A stretch of 63,924 nt of DNA, counting the filler. It is 6 parts of 6 records of this genome, joined end to end, with 100 filler letters (N's around TTAATTAATTAA, not from the genome) between each part and the next. Parts side by side here need not be neighbours in the genome. Positions count along the whole stretch, not along the records: positions 18,399 to 30,731 come from SRR20825010_2481; 5 more parts are not named here. The stretch is one strand, 5' to 3'. A program made the position numbers and the translations under genes. Below the pieces are notes generated by a model. It was not told the origin of the DNA. It did not search any database and saw only the letters and a program-made list of their open reading frames with translations. Below are positions 18,596-30,696 of the stretch, in pieces; positions within the stretch are counted from its first letter, which is position 1, and each line of letters starts with the position of its first letter.

Positions 18596-20395
18596 TCAGC
18601 GAGTTCCGCTGGCGACTCGTGGGATTTCTTTGGACGCGACGAAGAAATTGTCAATCTCAGCAGTTTGTTTGAGTTCGTCGTACTTTAAGCTCATCGCAAC
18701 GTTCATCTTCTTTTCAATCAAAACGCTACGCAATTCTTCTTGAACGGCTTCGAAGTCGGAAACGACTGGTTCGGTGAATCCTTGGCAACGTAGGATGATG
18801 TATTTGTCACCCGTTGCGATGATTCCGCTGAGGTCACCCGGTTTCATTTGGAAGACTTCCTTCTCTACGGAAGGCTGACCACCGTGTTGTCGAATCGGCG
18901 GAACCTTGCCGAAGTTGCTAGATGAGACCGGTTCGATGCTGTACTGGTTTGCCAATTGGCCAAAGAACTGATCCGTCGGATTGTCGCGAGCCATCTCCCA
19001 AACCTTTTGAGCGCTTCGTTGGTCGGACAGGACGCAGGCCAAGACTTCAGCACGAGGTCCATAGTGTGATTCGAAACCAATTTGCAGGTCTTCTTGTGTT
19101 AGCACTGTTTCATCTTCGACCAGTTTCTTCAGTGCAACGCTGGGCCACACAACGTCTTCGATGTAGACTTCGCGAGTTCCTGGACCGCCTTCCAGAACGG
19201 CATCAAACCAACCTTGAACGTCAGCGGATCCGTTGTCGGTCATGTAACCAAAGCTGATGGCCGCTCGTTCGATTTCGGCTTTCAAATCTTCGTTGGTGAC
19301 TTTCTTTCCCGCTTTGGCGAGAGCTTGCGTGAGCAGCTTGCGATTGATCTCGCCTTCCAAGACGCTTTCGCCGTGTCGCTTGATACATTCGGCGGCAACG
19401 TTGGAGATGGAAACCTGTTGTCCGTTGATGATGGCGGCGACGCCGGGGTGTTTGGCGGATGCTTGTGGGTCACCCAAAATCTTCACCACTTGAGCTTGTT
19501 CTTGAAGCTGTGCGAAGAGCTGGCTGGCGGCCGTCTTCATTTTTTCGTCGCGAATGCGATCTTCTATTTGGTCTTTGATCGCCGGCATTGCTTGCGGTGA
19601 TGGTGTGCTGGCGGGCATCCGGCGAACGGCTTGCAAGAACATCCAATGATCACCGACTGGCAACAGTTCGGAAACTTCATCGACCTTCAAAGCAAACGCG
19701 GCTTCTTCGATGGTTTCGTCACCCATGTATCGGCGAATGGGCGGAATCAATCCACCGACGCTGGCGCTTGTGGGGTCTTCGCTGAACTCTTTCGCGAGGC
19801 GGGCAAAACTGCTTGGTTCAGCAACTGCTTGAGCACGCAGCTGGGTTGCTTGAGATTTGTCTTGCACCATCACCATTCGGCACTTAATTGCTTCGCCGAA
19901 CTGCGAAACGATTGCGCGATTGAATTCATCTTGGGAGACGGCAACTTCGTCGGCCACCAATTTTCGCAGTGCCAGCATCGGCCAAATGATTTCACGACTG
20001 TATTGATCAGGCGTGATATCGCGTTCCTCATTCAGAAGTTGCAGATAGCTCTCAACGTTCAGGCCGAACTTCTTAGCAACTCGGTTGATTTCGGTGCGAA
20101 CTTCTTCGGTCGTGACACCCAAGCCGCGACGTTTGCATTCCTGCATGATCAAGTGTCGGTTGATCAGGTTGTCCAACACGTCAGTTCCGTAACGCTGAAC
20201 GCTGGCGGTGGCCAACGAATCTCGCGAAATCGGATCGGCGTTCACTACGGCGACGACCGAGTTTTCGGCCGCTTCGACTCGCATGGTCGAGAAGCCACTC
20301 AGGATCGCCACGAAGGCGGCGGCGAGCAAGAGATGCCGACGAGTGATGTTCTGCGGGGGCGATTGTCGCAACGCCATGCGTGATTGATTCGTCAT
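18596..20395 (-). CDS. PpiC/parvulin-type peptidyl-prolyl isomerase (SurA/PrsA-like foldase, internally duplicated)
   Basis: Signal peptide. Two modules, each with a VAVVN/AAIING chaperone part and a rotamase motif (FARLAKEFSEDPTSASVGG; FGQLANQYSIEPVSSSNFG). Confidence 0.85.
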   Translation of the reverse strand: MTNQSRMALRQSPPQNITRRHLLLAAAFVAILSGFSTMRVEAAENSVVAVVNADPISRDSLATASVQRYGTDVLDNLINRHLIMQECKRRGLGVTTEEVRTEINRVAKKFGLNVESYLQLLNEERDITPDQYSREIIWPMLALRKLVADEVAVSQDEFNRAIVSQFGEAIKCRMVMVQDKSQATQLRAQAVAEPSSFARLAKEFSEDPTSASVGGLIPPIRRYMGDETIEEAAFALKVDEVSELLPVGDHWMFLQAVRRMPASTPSPQAMPAIKDQIEDRIRDEKMKTAASQLFAQLQEQAQVVKILGDPQASAKHPGVAAIINGQQVSISNVAAECIKRHGESVLEGEINRKLLTQALAKAGKKVTNEDLKAEIERAAISFGYMTDNGSADVQGWFDAVLEGGPGTREVYIEDVVWPSVALKKLVEDETVLTQEDLQIGFESHYGPRAEVLACVLSDQRSAQKVWEMARDNPTDQFFGQLANQYSIEPVSSSNFGKVPPIRQHGGQPSVEKEVFQMKPGDLSGIIATGDKYIILRCQGFTEPVVSDFEAVQEELRSVLIEKKMNVAMSLKYDELKQTAEIDNFFVASKEIPRVASGTR

Positions 20396-20584
20396 CTTCG
20401 GACATTCCTTTATCCGGGTGATTTTCGGTCCTGAAGCCGCGACTTTAGGAAAATCGCATTTTTGGCTCAAGTTCAATCAAACGACGCATTTCATAAACCA
20501 GGATCAAAATGAACGCCGCGGTTTGGCAGATTGGGTGGTTCGCGTGATTCAGCGAGGCCTGACGCCGCGTTTATCCGCGATTTC

Positions 20585-23413
20585 TCACGCGGTTGGCTCG
20601 TCATGTTCGAAGTAGCAGATGCGAGCATGATTCGGCAGCAGTCCCTCCGTCAGGCGTTCGCCAAATGCTTCCATTGAATCGGCGAGCAATCGCCATGAAT
20701 CGGGCGAGGCGCCTTCCGGGCGCGACGGCAATGGATCGATTGCTGACGGTTCGTCGACGGAGTCGTCCTCAGTGAGGGGTGACAATCGCACCATCACCTG
20801 CAATGCCTCGTTCGGCGTTTGATAGCTGAGTGAATAAAGGTTGGCTTCGCAATTGACGTCGACGCTGAAGTTCTGTGGAGACAGCAGTCCTGACCCGACG
20901 AATTGCTTGCGGATCGAGATCAATGTCTTGTACCAATTCCGCATTGTCTCGCTGCCCAATTCAACGCTGCCAATCACCGAGGATCGCATTGCTTCCTCGT
21001 CCGTTGGTAGTACACCATCGCTCCAATCGTGTTGTGGGTATTCGCGTTTGCGTCCTCGGACAACGGCACGTTGCAGACGTGGATCACCAAAGTCGACAAA
21101 GAAACGAAACGGGTTGGGCGATGCAAACTCTTCTCCCATGAACAACATCGGAATGGATGGCAGCAACATGGCCAGCGTCACGGCGGCGGCTTGCGTTTCC
21201 GGTGAAGTCAATTGATGCAAACGCATTCCCGTGGGATGATTGCCGATGAAATCGTGATTTTGAATGCACACGATGGACGACCGTGTGTCGATGCGTTTGA
21301 GCATCCCGTCCGTATCAAGCGTCGGTTCAGCCTCTCGGCCTCGATCGCCACGGACGTCACCTGCGAAAACGAAGCCTCGGCGAAGCGTTTGTTCCAGGTC
21401 ACTGCCCGGTGAGTAGATTCGTTGGGTCAATTGTTCACCGGGGCGGACGGTGGCGAACATGCTGTGCACAAAATCATCGCTCCACTGAGCGTCGAAGCCG
21501 GTGCCGCCTTCGCTGAGCGGTTTGACCATCGCGGCGTCGTAGACGTTTGTTTCCGCAATCAGCCAAACACGTCGGCCGGCTTTGTCAGACCAACGGCGAA
21601 TCTCTTCGCTCATTTGAGTCGTGATGTGTTTGGCGGAGTCATCTTTCATGCAGTGGATCGCGTCGACGCGAAGACCATCCAGGTTGTATTCTTTGAGCCA
21701 CATGATTGCATTATCGATCACAAATCGGCGTACAAGATCGCCGCGTTTCGGATCGTCAAAGTTGGGTGCCGCTCCCCAAACCGTGTTGTGTTTTCGGGAC
21801 GTATACGGACCAAACTCGGTCCAGTAGTTGCCTTCCGACCCGAAGTGGTTGTAGACGACATCGACCATCACAAGCAGCCCGCGAATGTGCGCGGCATCGA
21901 CGAATTGTCGGAATTCATTGGGGCTTCCGAACGCGGTCATCGGTGCGAACCAGTGCGTTCCGTCGTAACCCCAGTTCCAATGTCCGGCACAGGCGGCGAT
22001 CGGCATCAACTCGATTGCCGTGATTCCAAGATCGACCAGTTCGTCCAATCGTTCGATCGCCGACAGGTAGGTCCCTTGTTCGGTGAAGGTCCCGAGATGC
22101 ATTTCGTAGATGATCAGTTCGTCCAGCTCGTCTGCGGCTGAGTCAGCTGTTGCTTGGAAAGGGAACTGCGCGTCAACGATGGAGGACGGACCATGGACGC
22201 CTTCGGGTTGGTATCGAGATGCAGGATCCGGCAAAGCGTGCAACAGCATGTCGACACTCAGTTCGGTATTTGGATCAGCGAAAGCGGCGACGTGTTCATC
22301 GCGAACGAATCGATATTGATAGCGGGTGCCATCAACGACACCGTCCACGATGCAGCGGTGAAAGCCTCTGTCTTCACGCTGCATGCGAACCAGTCGGTCC
22401 GGCATCAATTCCAGAACCACCTGTTTTTGTTTGGGAGCCCATAGTGTGAACTCGGCACGATTCGCACCGATCAGTCGTGCTCCCCAGGGAATTGATTCGG
22501 GCAGGTCGGTCGCATTGAGGGGCGACGTGGCTTCGATCGATGTTTCTTCGATCGAGTTTTCAAACAGACCAAACCAACGAGCGCCTTCAAGAACGCCGGA
22601 TGTGCTGGTGCCGCGAGCGAGTTTCAATCGATCGACCCAACCTGCCGCCTGATGCGCATCGGCGACCTTGCGCGCGATCTTGCGATCAGCGTTGCCAACA
22701 ACCACTGACCGGTAGCCGGCGATCAATGCGGCAGTGTCGTTTCCGGAGTCACCGCAGAACACAATTTGCTCTGGCTGCAACTCATGTTGATCGCACCACC
22801 AATGCAGAGCAAAAGCTTTGGAAGCGCCGTGCGGAAGAACGTCGACCAAACCATCGTTGTTGAATGGATCGATGCTGCTGACAATGCTGCAGGGAAGCTC
22901 GTGAAGTTTGAGATAGGCCTCGACCGCTTGATGACAAGCTTCCAATTGATCGGCCGGAACATAGTAGCTCCACTTGTGCCGCCCTTGCTTGTACGACTCT
23001 TGCAAGGTGAAATCTTCGAGTTCACCAATCGCGAGACGATGCTTGTGAATATCAATGTCGCCGAGCACTTCGTCGAGGATCTGCTCATACGCGGACTCAC
23101 GAATGTAGCCGCCTTCACCGTCGGCTTTGTAGATACTGACACCGACGTCACACAGAATCCACTGCGGCTTTGGCAAATCAAATTCACCAATCGCATCTCG
23201 CACCGAATCGAAATGGCGACCGGTGACGAAAACCAATGGCACATCGATTGCTTCGAGTTGCTCCCGGATTTGTTTCATCGAAGCTACGGCGGCATCATCC
23301 CCGTCGAGCGGCAAGAACGTTCCGTCTAAATCCGTTGCCAAGACTTTTGGTGGCAAGGACGTGATGGAAACAATTCGCGAAGACGTCGGGTTGGATGCGA
23401 TCGTGGAATTCAT
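20585..23413 (-). CDS. treZ: Fusion of HAD-IIB (sucrose-phosphatase-like) phosphatase and GH13 malto-oligosyltrehalose trehalohydrolase
   Basis: N-term ATDLDGT, VTGR, ASKA, GDSGND. C-term DPASRYQPEGVHGPS, NWGYDG, DVVYNHFG, GLRVDAIH, IAET, QNHD, PMLFMGEE. Confidence 0.85.
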   Translation of the reverse strand: MNSTIASNPTSSRIVSITSLPPKVLATDLDGTFLPLDGDDAAVASMKQIREQLEAIDVPLVFVTGRHFDSVRDAIGEFDLPKPQWILCDVGVSIYKADGEGGYIRESAYEQILDEVLGDIDIHKHRLAIGELEDFTLQESYKQGRHKWSYYVPADQLEACHQAVEAYLKLHELPCSIVSSIDPFNNDGLVDVLPHGASKAFALHWWCDQHELQPEQIVFCGDSGNDTAALIAGYRSVVVGNADRKIARKVADAHQAAGWVDRLKLARGTSTSGVLEGARWFGLFENSIEETSIEATSPLNATDLPESIPWGARLIGANRAEFTLWAPKQKQVVLELMPDRLVRMQREDRGFHRCIVDGVVDGTRYQYRFVRDEHVAAFADPNTELSVDMLLHALPDPASRYQPEGVHGPSSIVDAQFPFQATADSAADELDELIIYEMHLGTFTEQGTYLSAIERLDELVDLGITAIELMPIAACAGHWNWGYDGTHWFAPMTAFGSPNEFRQFVDAAHIRGLLVMVDVVYNHFGSEGNYWTEFGPYTSRKHNTVWGAAPNFDDPKRGDLVRRFVIDNAIMWLKEYNLDGLRVDAIHCMKDDSAKHITTQMSEEIRRWSDKAGRRVWLIAETNVYDAAMVKPLSEGGTGFDAQWSDDFVHSMFATVRPGEQLTQRIYSPGSDLEQTLRRGFVFAGDVRGDRGREAEPTLDTDGMLKRIDTRSSIVCIQNHDFIGNHPTGMRLHQLTSPETQAAAVTLAMLLPSIPMLFMGEEFASPNPFRFFVDFGDPRLQRAVVRGRKREYPQHDWSDGVLPTDEEAMRSSVIGSVELGSETMRNWYKTLISIRKQFVGSGLLSPQNFSVDVNCEANLYSLSYQTPNEALQVMVRLSPLTEDDSVDEPSAIDPLPSRPEGASPDSWRLLADSMEAFGERLTEGLLPNHARICYFEHDEPTA

Positions 23414-23491
23414 CGTGTAAGATCAGCGTTGTCGCGTGAGGATGATGTTTGAATTTTCAATCAGTTCGCTGCTCAAGGATTACAACGCACG

Positions 23492-24520
23492 ATGACCGAT
23501 TCGTCGATTGCCCGCAGTCAAGTTCCTCAGGCAGGCGTCGCGATCATTGTGGGAGAAGTGTTGTGGGATTGTTTCCCCGATCGTCAAGTCCTCGGTGGCG
23601 CCCCGCTCAACGTGGCATGGAATTTGGCGGGTTTCGGGCTGGAGCCGTTGTTTGTCAGTGCCGTTGGCGATGATGATCTCGGCAACGAAATCCTTCGGCG
23701 AATGCGCGAGTGGGGATTGTCCACCGATGCCGTCGCGGTGTTGCCTGGCGTTGCCACTGGAACAGTTGCCGTGACTTTGGAAGACGGTGAACCACAATAC
23801 GAAATCGTTCGTGATGTGGCGTACGATCAAATCCCTGTGCCGCGCGATTCCGTTCTGCAATCGATCAAGAAACGAATTCGCGAAGCCACCGCGGCTGGTT
23901 TTCCCTCGCTGCTGTATCACGGAACGCTCGCGTACCGCAGCCAACGCAATCGAGAGACCATTCACGCTCTTCGCGATCAATTCGCGGCCGACGGCGATCT
24001 CAATCTCGACGTGTTCTTCGATATTAACGTTCGCAAACCGCATTACGATGTGGCTTGGCTGGACGATTTGATGCCAGGTGCCGGACTGGTGAAGCTGAAC
24101 GAAGACGAGATGAGCGATTTGGCTAGTCGCGAATTGTCCAGTTCGAACGATCGGCGAGCGGCGGCACATGAATTGCTTTGCAAATACAGCAGCCTCAAAT
24201 GCCTGCTTGTGACGCTCGGCGCGGATGGTGCGGAGTGTCATTTGAGCGAATCCAGCCAAACAAACGTTAGCGGTGGTTCGGAACCGATCAGTGTGGCAGC
24301 TCCGCAACCAGACCCATTGATTGATCCCGTCGGAGCCGGTGACGCGTTTGCATCGGTGATGATCGCCGGGCATTTGAGAAAGCTGCCGGTAGAAGAATCC
24401 TTGAAGACCGCGACTCGTTTCGCGTCTCAGGTGTGCGGTTTACCGGGAGCCACCAGCGACCAAAAAGAGTTTTATCGGATTGATTTCACCGAGGATCCGC
24501 ATCGCGTTCCAGACGACTGA
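23492..24520 (+). CDS. PfkB family carbohydrate kinase (fructokinase)
   Basis: [34 protein letters not shown]. Confidence 0.9.
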   Translation: MTDSSIARSQVPQAGVAIIVGEVLWDCFPDRQVLGGAPLNVAWNLAGFGLEPLFVSAVGDDDLGNEILRRMREWGLSTDAVAVLPGVATGTVAVTLEDGEPQYEIVRDVAYDQIPVPRDSVLQSIKKRIREATAAGFPSLLYHGTLAYRSQRNRETIHALRDQFAADGDLNLDVFFDINVRKPHYDVAWLDDLMPGAGLVKLNEDEMSDLASRELSSSNDRRAAAHELLCKYSSLKCLLVTLGADGAECHLSESSQTNVSGGSEPISVAAPQPDPLIDPVGAGDAFASVMIAGHLRKLPVEESLKTATRFASQVCGLPGATSDQKEFYRIDFTEDPHRVPDD

Positions 24521-24561
24521 ACGCGGCCCGTGGACTCGGACCTTCTATCGACAGGATTACC

Positions 24562-26877
24562 ATGAGCATGCCCGCCAGCGGGACACTTCGCGTCACTTTG
24601 CTTAGCTTGCACGGATTGATCCGTGCTCGAGATTGCGAACTCGGACGAGACGCGGATACGGGAGGACAGGTCAAATACGTTCTCGAGTTAGCGGAAGAAC
24701 TTTCGCGACGAGAAGAAGTTGAATCCGTCGAGCTGGTCACGCGGCAAATTTTTGATGAGCGAGTCGGACCGGACTACGCCCAGGTGGAAGAAATCATCAA
24801 TCCGAAGGCGAAGATCGTTCGCGTGCCGTTTGGGCCAAAACGATACCTCCGCAAAGAAGGGCTGTGGCCGTATCTGGAGACCTTCATTGATCAGATGCTA
24901 GGGCACTACCGACGTGTCGGCCTGCCCGATTTGATTCACGGTCATTATGCCGACGCCGGGTACGCGGGCGCCCAATTGGCTCGGCTGCTTCATGTGCCCT
25001 ATGTCTTCACTGGACACTCACTTGGACGCGTCAAACGTCAGCGACTGATCGCGGCGTCGCAAGAGTCCAAGGCTCCGAAGCCGCCTCGCGAGTTGGACAA
25101 GAAATTCAAATTCACCGTTCGAGAAGAAGCGGAAGAATTTGCACTCGAAACCGCATCGATGGTGATCACCAGCACCGGACAAGAAGTCGAAGAACAATAC
25201 GCCGTCTACGATCATTACCAACCGGACCGCATGGAAGTGATTCCGCCGGGTGTCGACTTGGATCAGTTTTATCCGGTTGACGAATCCGAGCCTTTGCCGC
25301 GAATCCATGATCTGCTGACGCCGTTTCTGAAAGATTCGGAGAAGCCGATGGTCGTGGCGATGGCTCGGCCAGATGAACGCAAGAACATCGAGATGCTTGT
25401 GCGTGTCTTTGGTGAGAATCCAAAGTTCCGCGAGATGGCGAATCTCGTTCTGGTCCTTGGCTCACGAGACGATCTTCGTGAGATGCCATCTGGGCAGCGT
25501 CGTGTTTTGACCAATGTTCTGCACTTGATCGATGTGTATGACCTCTATGGTCACGTTGCTTATCCAAAAGCACACCGTCCCAGTGACGTCCCCGAGTTGT
25601 ATCGCCTGACCGCGCGGCGGAAGGGAATCTTCGTCAATCCGGCGTTGACTGAACCGTTTGGTTTGACGCTTTTGGAAGCCGCAGCCAGTGGAGTTCCGAT
25701 CGTTGCGACCAATGATGGCGGACCACGCGACATCATCGCGAATTGCCAGAACGGTCTGCTCATCGATCCGCTTTCGGCAGAAGACATTGACCACGCGTTG
25801 ATGCGTTGTTTGACCGAGCCGGAACAGTGGCAGACTTGGTCCGAAAACGGGATCGAAGGTTCTCGAACGCATTACAGTTGGGCCAATCACGTCGATCGCT
25901 ATCTGCGTGATGTCACAGAGATCATTGAGCAGTCCGCGACTCCCGCGTTGGCACAGTCGATGGGACGGACGACGCGGCGATTGCCGGAATTCGACCGGAT
26001 CATCATGACGGATCTGGACAACACACTGACCGGCGATGACGAAGCTCTCGCCGATTTTGTTGATCTATTGAATACGGCGGGACGTGATGTCGGGTTTGGC
26101 ATTGATACCGGGCGTTCGCTGGACGAAGCGATGTCGCTGATCACGAAACTGAATCTGCCTCGACCCGATGTTCTGTCGGCGGCGGTTGGCACCGAACTGT
26201 ACTATGGCGAAGGGCTCACCCCTGACCTGTCGTGGCGGAAACAGATCAAACATCACTGGCAGCCAAAGCTCGTTCACGAAGTGCTCGATTCCATTCCCGG
26301 TTTGTTTTTGCAGACCGAGAAGGATCAAACTGAATTCAAGATCAGCTACCGGATCGACCCGGAAGATTCACCTTCGGTTGCTCAAATCCGCAAAATGCTT
26401 CGATCGGCAGGATTGCGAGTCAAAGTCGTGTTGTCGTTGGGATCATTTTTAGACATCATCCCGCTGCGTGGCGGCAGCGAATTGTCGCTGCGGCACCTGG
26501 CTTATCGTTGGGGCTTTGAACCCGAACGATTGTTGGTCGCGGGCGACTGCGGCAACGATGAAGGCATGCTGAAGGGTGGCACGTTGGGCGTCGTGGTGGG
26601 TAACTACAGCCCCGAGCTTGAAAAGCTGCGACGACTGCCACGGATTTACTTTGCCGAAGGCAACCACGCTCGTGGGATCATGGAGGGAATCGAATACTAC
26701 GATTTCCTGAATCATATCCGGATTCCGAACGATAAGATCGAACACGAGCCCGGGAAGCATCGAACAAGCGAAAAGGCGGGTGAAGAATCGAACGAACATC
26801 AAGACGACGAACCCGCAGGCGATACGAATGACGACCGCAACCAACGTCAATCTTCCGAAGCCGCCGCCGCTTCCTGA
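24562..26877 (+). CDS. sps: Sucrose-phosphate synthase (GT4) with C-terminal HAD/SPP-like domain
   Basis: [62 protein letters not shown] domain begins TDLDNTL. Confidence 0.93.
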   Translation: MSMPASGTLRVTLLSLHGLIRARDCELGRDADTGGQVKYVLELAEELSRREEVESVELVTRQIFDERVGPDYAQVEEIINPKAKIVRVPFGPKRYLRKEGLWPYLETFIDQMLGHYRRVGLPDLIHGHYADAGYAGAQLARLLHVPYVFTGHSLGRVKRQRLIAASQESKAPKPPRELDKKFKFTVREEAEEFALETASMVITSTGQEVEEQYAVYDHYQPDRMEVIPPGVDLDQFYPVDESEPLPRIHDLLTPFLKDSEKPMVVAMARPDERKNIEMLVRVFGENPKFREMANLVLVLGSRDDLREMPSGQRRVLTNVLHLIDVYDLYGHVAYPKAHRPSDVPELYRLTARRKGIFVNPALTEPFGLTLLEAAASGVPIVATNDGGPRDIIANCQNGLLIDPLSAEDIDHALMRCLTEPEQWQTWSENGIEGSRTHYSWANHVDRYLRDVTEIIEQSATPALAQSMGRTTRRLPEFDRIIMTDLDNTLTGDDEALADFVDLLNTAGRDVGFGIDTGRSLDEAMSLITKLNLPRPDVLSAAVGTELYYGEGLTPDLSWRKQIKHHWQPKLVHEVLDSIPGLFLQTEKDQTEFKISYRIDPEDSPSVAQIRKMLRSAGLRVKVVLSLGSFLDIIPLRGGSELSLRHLAYRWGFEPERLLVAGDCGNDEGMLKGGTLGVVVGNYSPELEKLRRLPRIYFAEGNHARGIMEGIEYYDFLNHIRIPNDKIEHEPGKHRTSEKAGEESNEHQDDEPAGDTNDDRNQRQSSEAAAAS

Positions 26878-28885
26878 ACCAGAATCCGCACCAGCAGAAA
26901 CCATGAACGCAATGCTCACCAACGCGCTGATGCACGCGGTTCGCAACGGCGTGAAGGATTCGCGGGCACAGAGTGCGCTGAATCGTTTGCTGCCGAAGTT
27001 GGAATCGTTTTGGGAAGTTGAGAATGTTTCCCAGCAAGAAGCCGACGAAATTCAATTGCGGATCGTCCAGCACTGGGACGATCTGTTTGGTTATCTGCTG
27101 CACTTGTACGGCGACCAATGGGATTTCTTCTACCACCTCGAACAAATCTTGCTGACGATCATTCGTGGGTGGCGGATGCGCCCCGAACAGTTGAAGCAGG
27201 ATGACGAGCACCGCATCAACAACCCGGAGTGGTACCAATCCGAAAAGCTGGTCGGCGGTGCTCTTTACGTCGATTTGTTCAGCGAGAACCTTGGCGAATT
27301 ACGAAAGCAAATTCCGTACTTCCAAGACCTGGGGTTGAGCTACCTGCACCTTATGCCGCTGTTTGCTGTCCGGCCCGGAAACAACGACGGCGGATACGCC
27401 ATCAGCAACTACCGCAGTGTCGATCCTCGTGTGGGGACAATCGACGATTTGCGTTTGCTGGCGGACGACCTTCGCGAAGCCGGTATTTTGCTGGTGTTGG
27501 ATTTTGTCTTCAACCACACCGCGGATGACCACTACTGGGCACAACAGGCTCAGTCGGGGAACGAGGAGTACCAAAAGTACTACTTCATCTTTCCCGATCG
27601 CGAAGTGCCGGATCAATACGAGCGTACGCTGCGTGAAATCTTCCCGACCGTTCGTCGCGGGAACTTCACCTGGCATGATGGAATGCAACAATGGGTTTGG
27701 ACGACGTTCAACAGCTTTCAATGGGATTTGAATTATCGAAACCCCGAAGTCTTCCGAGCGATGTTGTCCGAGATGCTGTTCATCGCCAACACGGGGGTCG
27801 ATCTATTGAGGCTCGATGCGGTGGCGTTCATTTGGAAACAAATGGGGACGAACTGCGAGAATCTTCCCGAGGCACACACGCTGATTCGCGCTTTCAATTC
27901 GTGCGTGCGAATCGCGGCACCAGGATTGGTGTTCAAGAGCGAGGCGATCGTTCACCCGGACGATGTCGTTCGGTATATCAGCCACAAGGAATGCCAGACC
28001 TCGTACAACCCAACGTTGATGGCGTTGATGTGGGAGTCTCTCGCGACTCGCGACACGAAGTTGTTACGTCGTTCGTTGGCTCGACGTCACAAGTTGCCCG
28101 AACGAACGACGTGGGTGAACTATTTGCGTTGTCACGACGACATTGGTTGGACGTTCGATGATGCGGACGCGGCAGCGGTTGGCATTGATGCGTTTGGGCA
28201 TCGTCAGTTCCTCAATGCGTTTTACACCGGCCAGTTTGAAGGGTCGTTTGCTCGCGGGGTGCCGTTCCAGCACAACCCTGACAACGGCGATATGCGAATC
28301 AGTGGAACATTGGCTTCGCTCGCAGGGCTTGAGCAGGCGATCGAGTCGGACCGAGATGATTGGAAAGAGCTCGCGATTCGCCGTATTCTCCTGCTCAATG
28401 CGATGATGCTCAGTGTCGGCGGGATTCCGCTGGTGTATCTGGGGGAAGAATGGGGAGCGCTGAACGATTACGACTTCGTCAAAGATCCGGCGAAAGCAGG
28501 TGACACTCGGTGGGTGCACCGACCCAAGATGCAGTGGAAATTCTTGGAGGAGCTCGGTGATGACGGTTCCATTCGTGGACGTATCTATCGGTCGATTCGC
28601 AAACTGATTGCGATTCGAAAGATGACGCCGGCATTCGGTGGGTTGGACATGGAGCTATTGGTGCTCGAGTCACCGCATCTGCTCGGTTATGTCCGGCAAC
28701 ACGAAGGCAACCGTGTGATCGTGATCGCAAACTTCTGCGAGCATGCTCAGGAGATCGACAGCAACCGATTGCGGACGGCGGGCATGGGACGCTTCTTCGA
28801 AGATTTGTACTCCGGTCAGACGATCACCACATCGCATCCGTTGACGCTCGGCCCCTACGAATTCATGTGGCTGCACCGCGTCTGA
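26828..28885 (+). CDS. Amylosucrase / sucrose hydrolase (GH13)
   Basis: [57 protein letters not shown]. Start could be 26828 or 26903. Confidence 0.9.
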   Translation: MTTATNVNLPKPPPLPEPESAPAETMNAMLTNALMHAVRNGVKDSRAQSALNRLLPKLESFWEVENVSQQEADEIQLRIVQHWDDLFGYLLHLYGDQWDFFYHLEQILLTIIRGWRMRPEQLKQDDEHRINNPEWYQSEKLVGGALYVDLFSENLGELRKQIPYFQDLGLSYLHLMPLFAVRPGNNDGGYAISNYRSVDPRVGTIDDLRLLADDLREAGILLVLDFVFNHTADDHYWAQQAQSGNEEYQKYYFIFPDREVPDQYERTLREIFPTVRRGNFTWHDGMQQWVWTTFNSFQWDLNYRNPEVFRAMLSEMLFIANTGVDLLRLDAVAFIWKQMGTNCENLPEAHTLIRAFNSCVRIAAPGLVFKSEAIVHPDDVVRYISHKECQTSYNPTLMALMWESLATRDTKLLRRSLARRHKLPERTTWVNYLRCHDDIGWTFDDADAAAVGIDAFGHRQFLNAFYTGQFEGSFARGVPFQHNPDNGDMRISGTLASLAGLEQAIESDRDDWKELAIRRILLLNAMMLSVGGIPLVYLGEEWGALNDYDFVKDPAKAGDTRWVHRPKMQWKFLEELGDDGSIRGRIYRSIRKLIAIRKMTPAFGGLDMELLVLESPHLLGYVRQHEGNRVIVIANFCEHAQEIDSNRLRTAGMGRFFEDLYSGQTITTSHPLTLGPYEFMWLHRV

Positions 28886-28992
28886 TTCAGTCGGTCGGGC
28901 CCACCGACTTAACAACGGGGCGTCAATGACGGTCGTGGTGGACGAGGCAACGCGTCCTTTTGGTAGCGTGACGCCGATTTTACGAGCGATGC

Positions 28993-30510
28993 TCAGTAGT
29001 CCTGGCCCGTTAAACTCTCTAGTACCGATTGTTGCCAGGCCTGCAATTGGTCCGTCAGGCTTTGGGCAATCTCAGGCTGGTTGGCGAGCACGTTTTTGGT
29101 CTCATTCGGATCCGCCTGCATCGCGTAGAGTTCCTTGGAACCATCCGCGGAGACAACCAGCTTGTAGCGATCGTCCATAATCACACGGGTGCCACCAAAG
29201 TCTTGCGGCTCGATTTCGCGATGATGATAGTTGACAAAATTTCGTGTTGCGTTGCCCCTCATCAATTTCACCAGTGGCGTGGTGCCCTGTTGGGCTTCTT
29301 CGGGCAAGTATGGATCCCGGTTGGATTCTCGGCGGTGATCAAAACTCCAGAAACAAATTGGTTGATTGCGTTGCTTCATCCGACCCTCTAGCAGAGGAAC
29401 CAGACTGACGCCGTCGAGTGGTCGTCGCGGTACGTCGACATTTGCCAGCTCACAAAGTGTTGGCAGGATATCGGTTGTCACGGAGGGGATCTGTGAAGTA
29501 GTCGGCTGGCCAATTTTCGCGGGCCATTCGATTAGTCCTGGGACCCGAATTCCGCCGTCATACAAGTCCGACTTTTGACCACGCAGTGGAGACGTGACGA
29601 TTCCATCACCCGAAGTGCCGTTGTCACCGCAATACCACAGCAAGGTGTTGTCACGAAGTTCATTCGCGGCCAGCCAGTGACGAAGCGTTCCGATCGAACG
29701 ATCCATCGCAGTGATTTCCGCATAACGTTCGCGGAGCACATCACCCAGTGGTCGCTGCACGGGCAGCCCTGTTTCATTGGAGGTCAGGCGAGTCGTCTGA
29801 TCGGCAAATTGACTTGGAAGTTCATCGTACAACGCCAAGTCTTCTGGCAAGCCGCTGTAGGGTTCATGCGGTGATCCATACCAGATGACGAGAAAGAATG
29901 GTTCGTCACTTGGGACCTTTTGAAGGAACTCAATGGCGTGATCGATCAACAGTTCTGAACTCTCGCCTTGAAACTGTTGAGGTGGGCCGCCGTTGCGTGA
30001 CAACCAAGGGTTGAGCTCGAAGAAATTGTCATGTGACAACCACTCGTCAAAGCCGAACGCTCCGGGATTCGTCGGCGAGGATGCTTTGACCGGTCCAAGG
30101 TGCCATTTGCCGAAGTGTGCGGTGTGGTAGTCCGCTTGTTTCAACAAGCTGGCGACACCGATCTCTTCGGGGCGAATCGAATAGTTTGGTGTGAACGTTC
30201 CATAGCGGTTCGGATGCCGTCCAGTGATCACACTGCCCCTTGTCGGAGAGCACGTCGGATGGGCAGCATAAAAACGATCCAGTCGCAGTCCCGTCGCCGC
30301 CATTTGGTCCAGGATCGGAGTCTGCAGGTGCGGATGGCCGTTGTATCCCGTTTCATCCCAACCATGATCGTCTCCCATCAGCAAAATGACGTTTGGTCGA
30401 TCAGCTGCGGAAGCGTTGCCAATCCAAATGCTGAGTGCCATCAGGCTCGCGAAGGCAACAAGCACCGAGAGGTTTATCGCTCTGGTTCGAGAGACTGGCA
30501 GGGTGGGCAT
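28993..30510 (-). CDS. Secreted formylglycine-dependent sulfatase (S1)
   Basis: RPNVILLMGDD, CSPTRGSVITG, GKWHLG, DNG; signal peptide. The upstream ORF extension to 30693 is unlikely. Confidence 0.92.
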   Translation of the reverse strand: MPTLPVSRTRAINLSVLVAFASLMALSIWIGNASAADRPNVILLMGDDHGWDETGYNGHPHLQTPILDQMAATGLRLDRFYAAHPTCSPTRGSVITGRHPNRYGTFTPNYSIRPEEIGVASLLKQADYHTAHFGKWHLGPVKASSPTNPGAFGFDEWLSHDNFFELNPWLSRNGGPPQQFQGESSELLIDHAIEFLQKVPSDEPFFLVIWYGSPHEPYSGLPEDLALYDELPSQFADQTTRLTSNETGLPVQRPLGDVLRERYAEITAMDRSIGTLRHWLAANELRDNTLLWYCGDNGTSGDGIVTSPLRGQKSDLYDGGIRVPGLIEWPAKIGQPTTSQIPSVTTDILPTLCELANVDVPRRPLDGVSLVPLLEGRMKQRNQPICFWSFDHRRESNRDPYLPEEAQQGTTPLVKLMRGNATRNFVNYHHREIEPQDFGGTRVIMDDRYKLVVSADGSKELYAMQADPNETKNVLANQPEIAQSLTDQLQAWQQSVLESLTGQDY

Positions 30511-30696
30511 CGAAGGTGACTCCGGGGCAGCAAAGACGAAGGAAGGACACGAATGTAACCGTTTCCTCACGCGGTTGCCCACGTTCGCGATATGTACCCG
30601 TCGTTGCTTCGAACGAAGCATTGGCTCGGGGGCCAGGTGAGAACCGCACAGCATGTATGCCATGATCTGCAGGATGCCTCGGCTCTGGTTCATTGA

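Noticed and set aside
23492-28885. pfkB-sps-amylosucrase cluster as a novel pathway
   Set aside because: This arrangement is already known from methanotrophs, cyanobacteria and planctomycetes. Only the HAD-TreZ fusion and the missing Lys are flagged.
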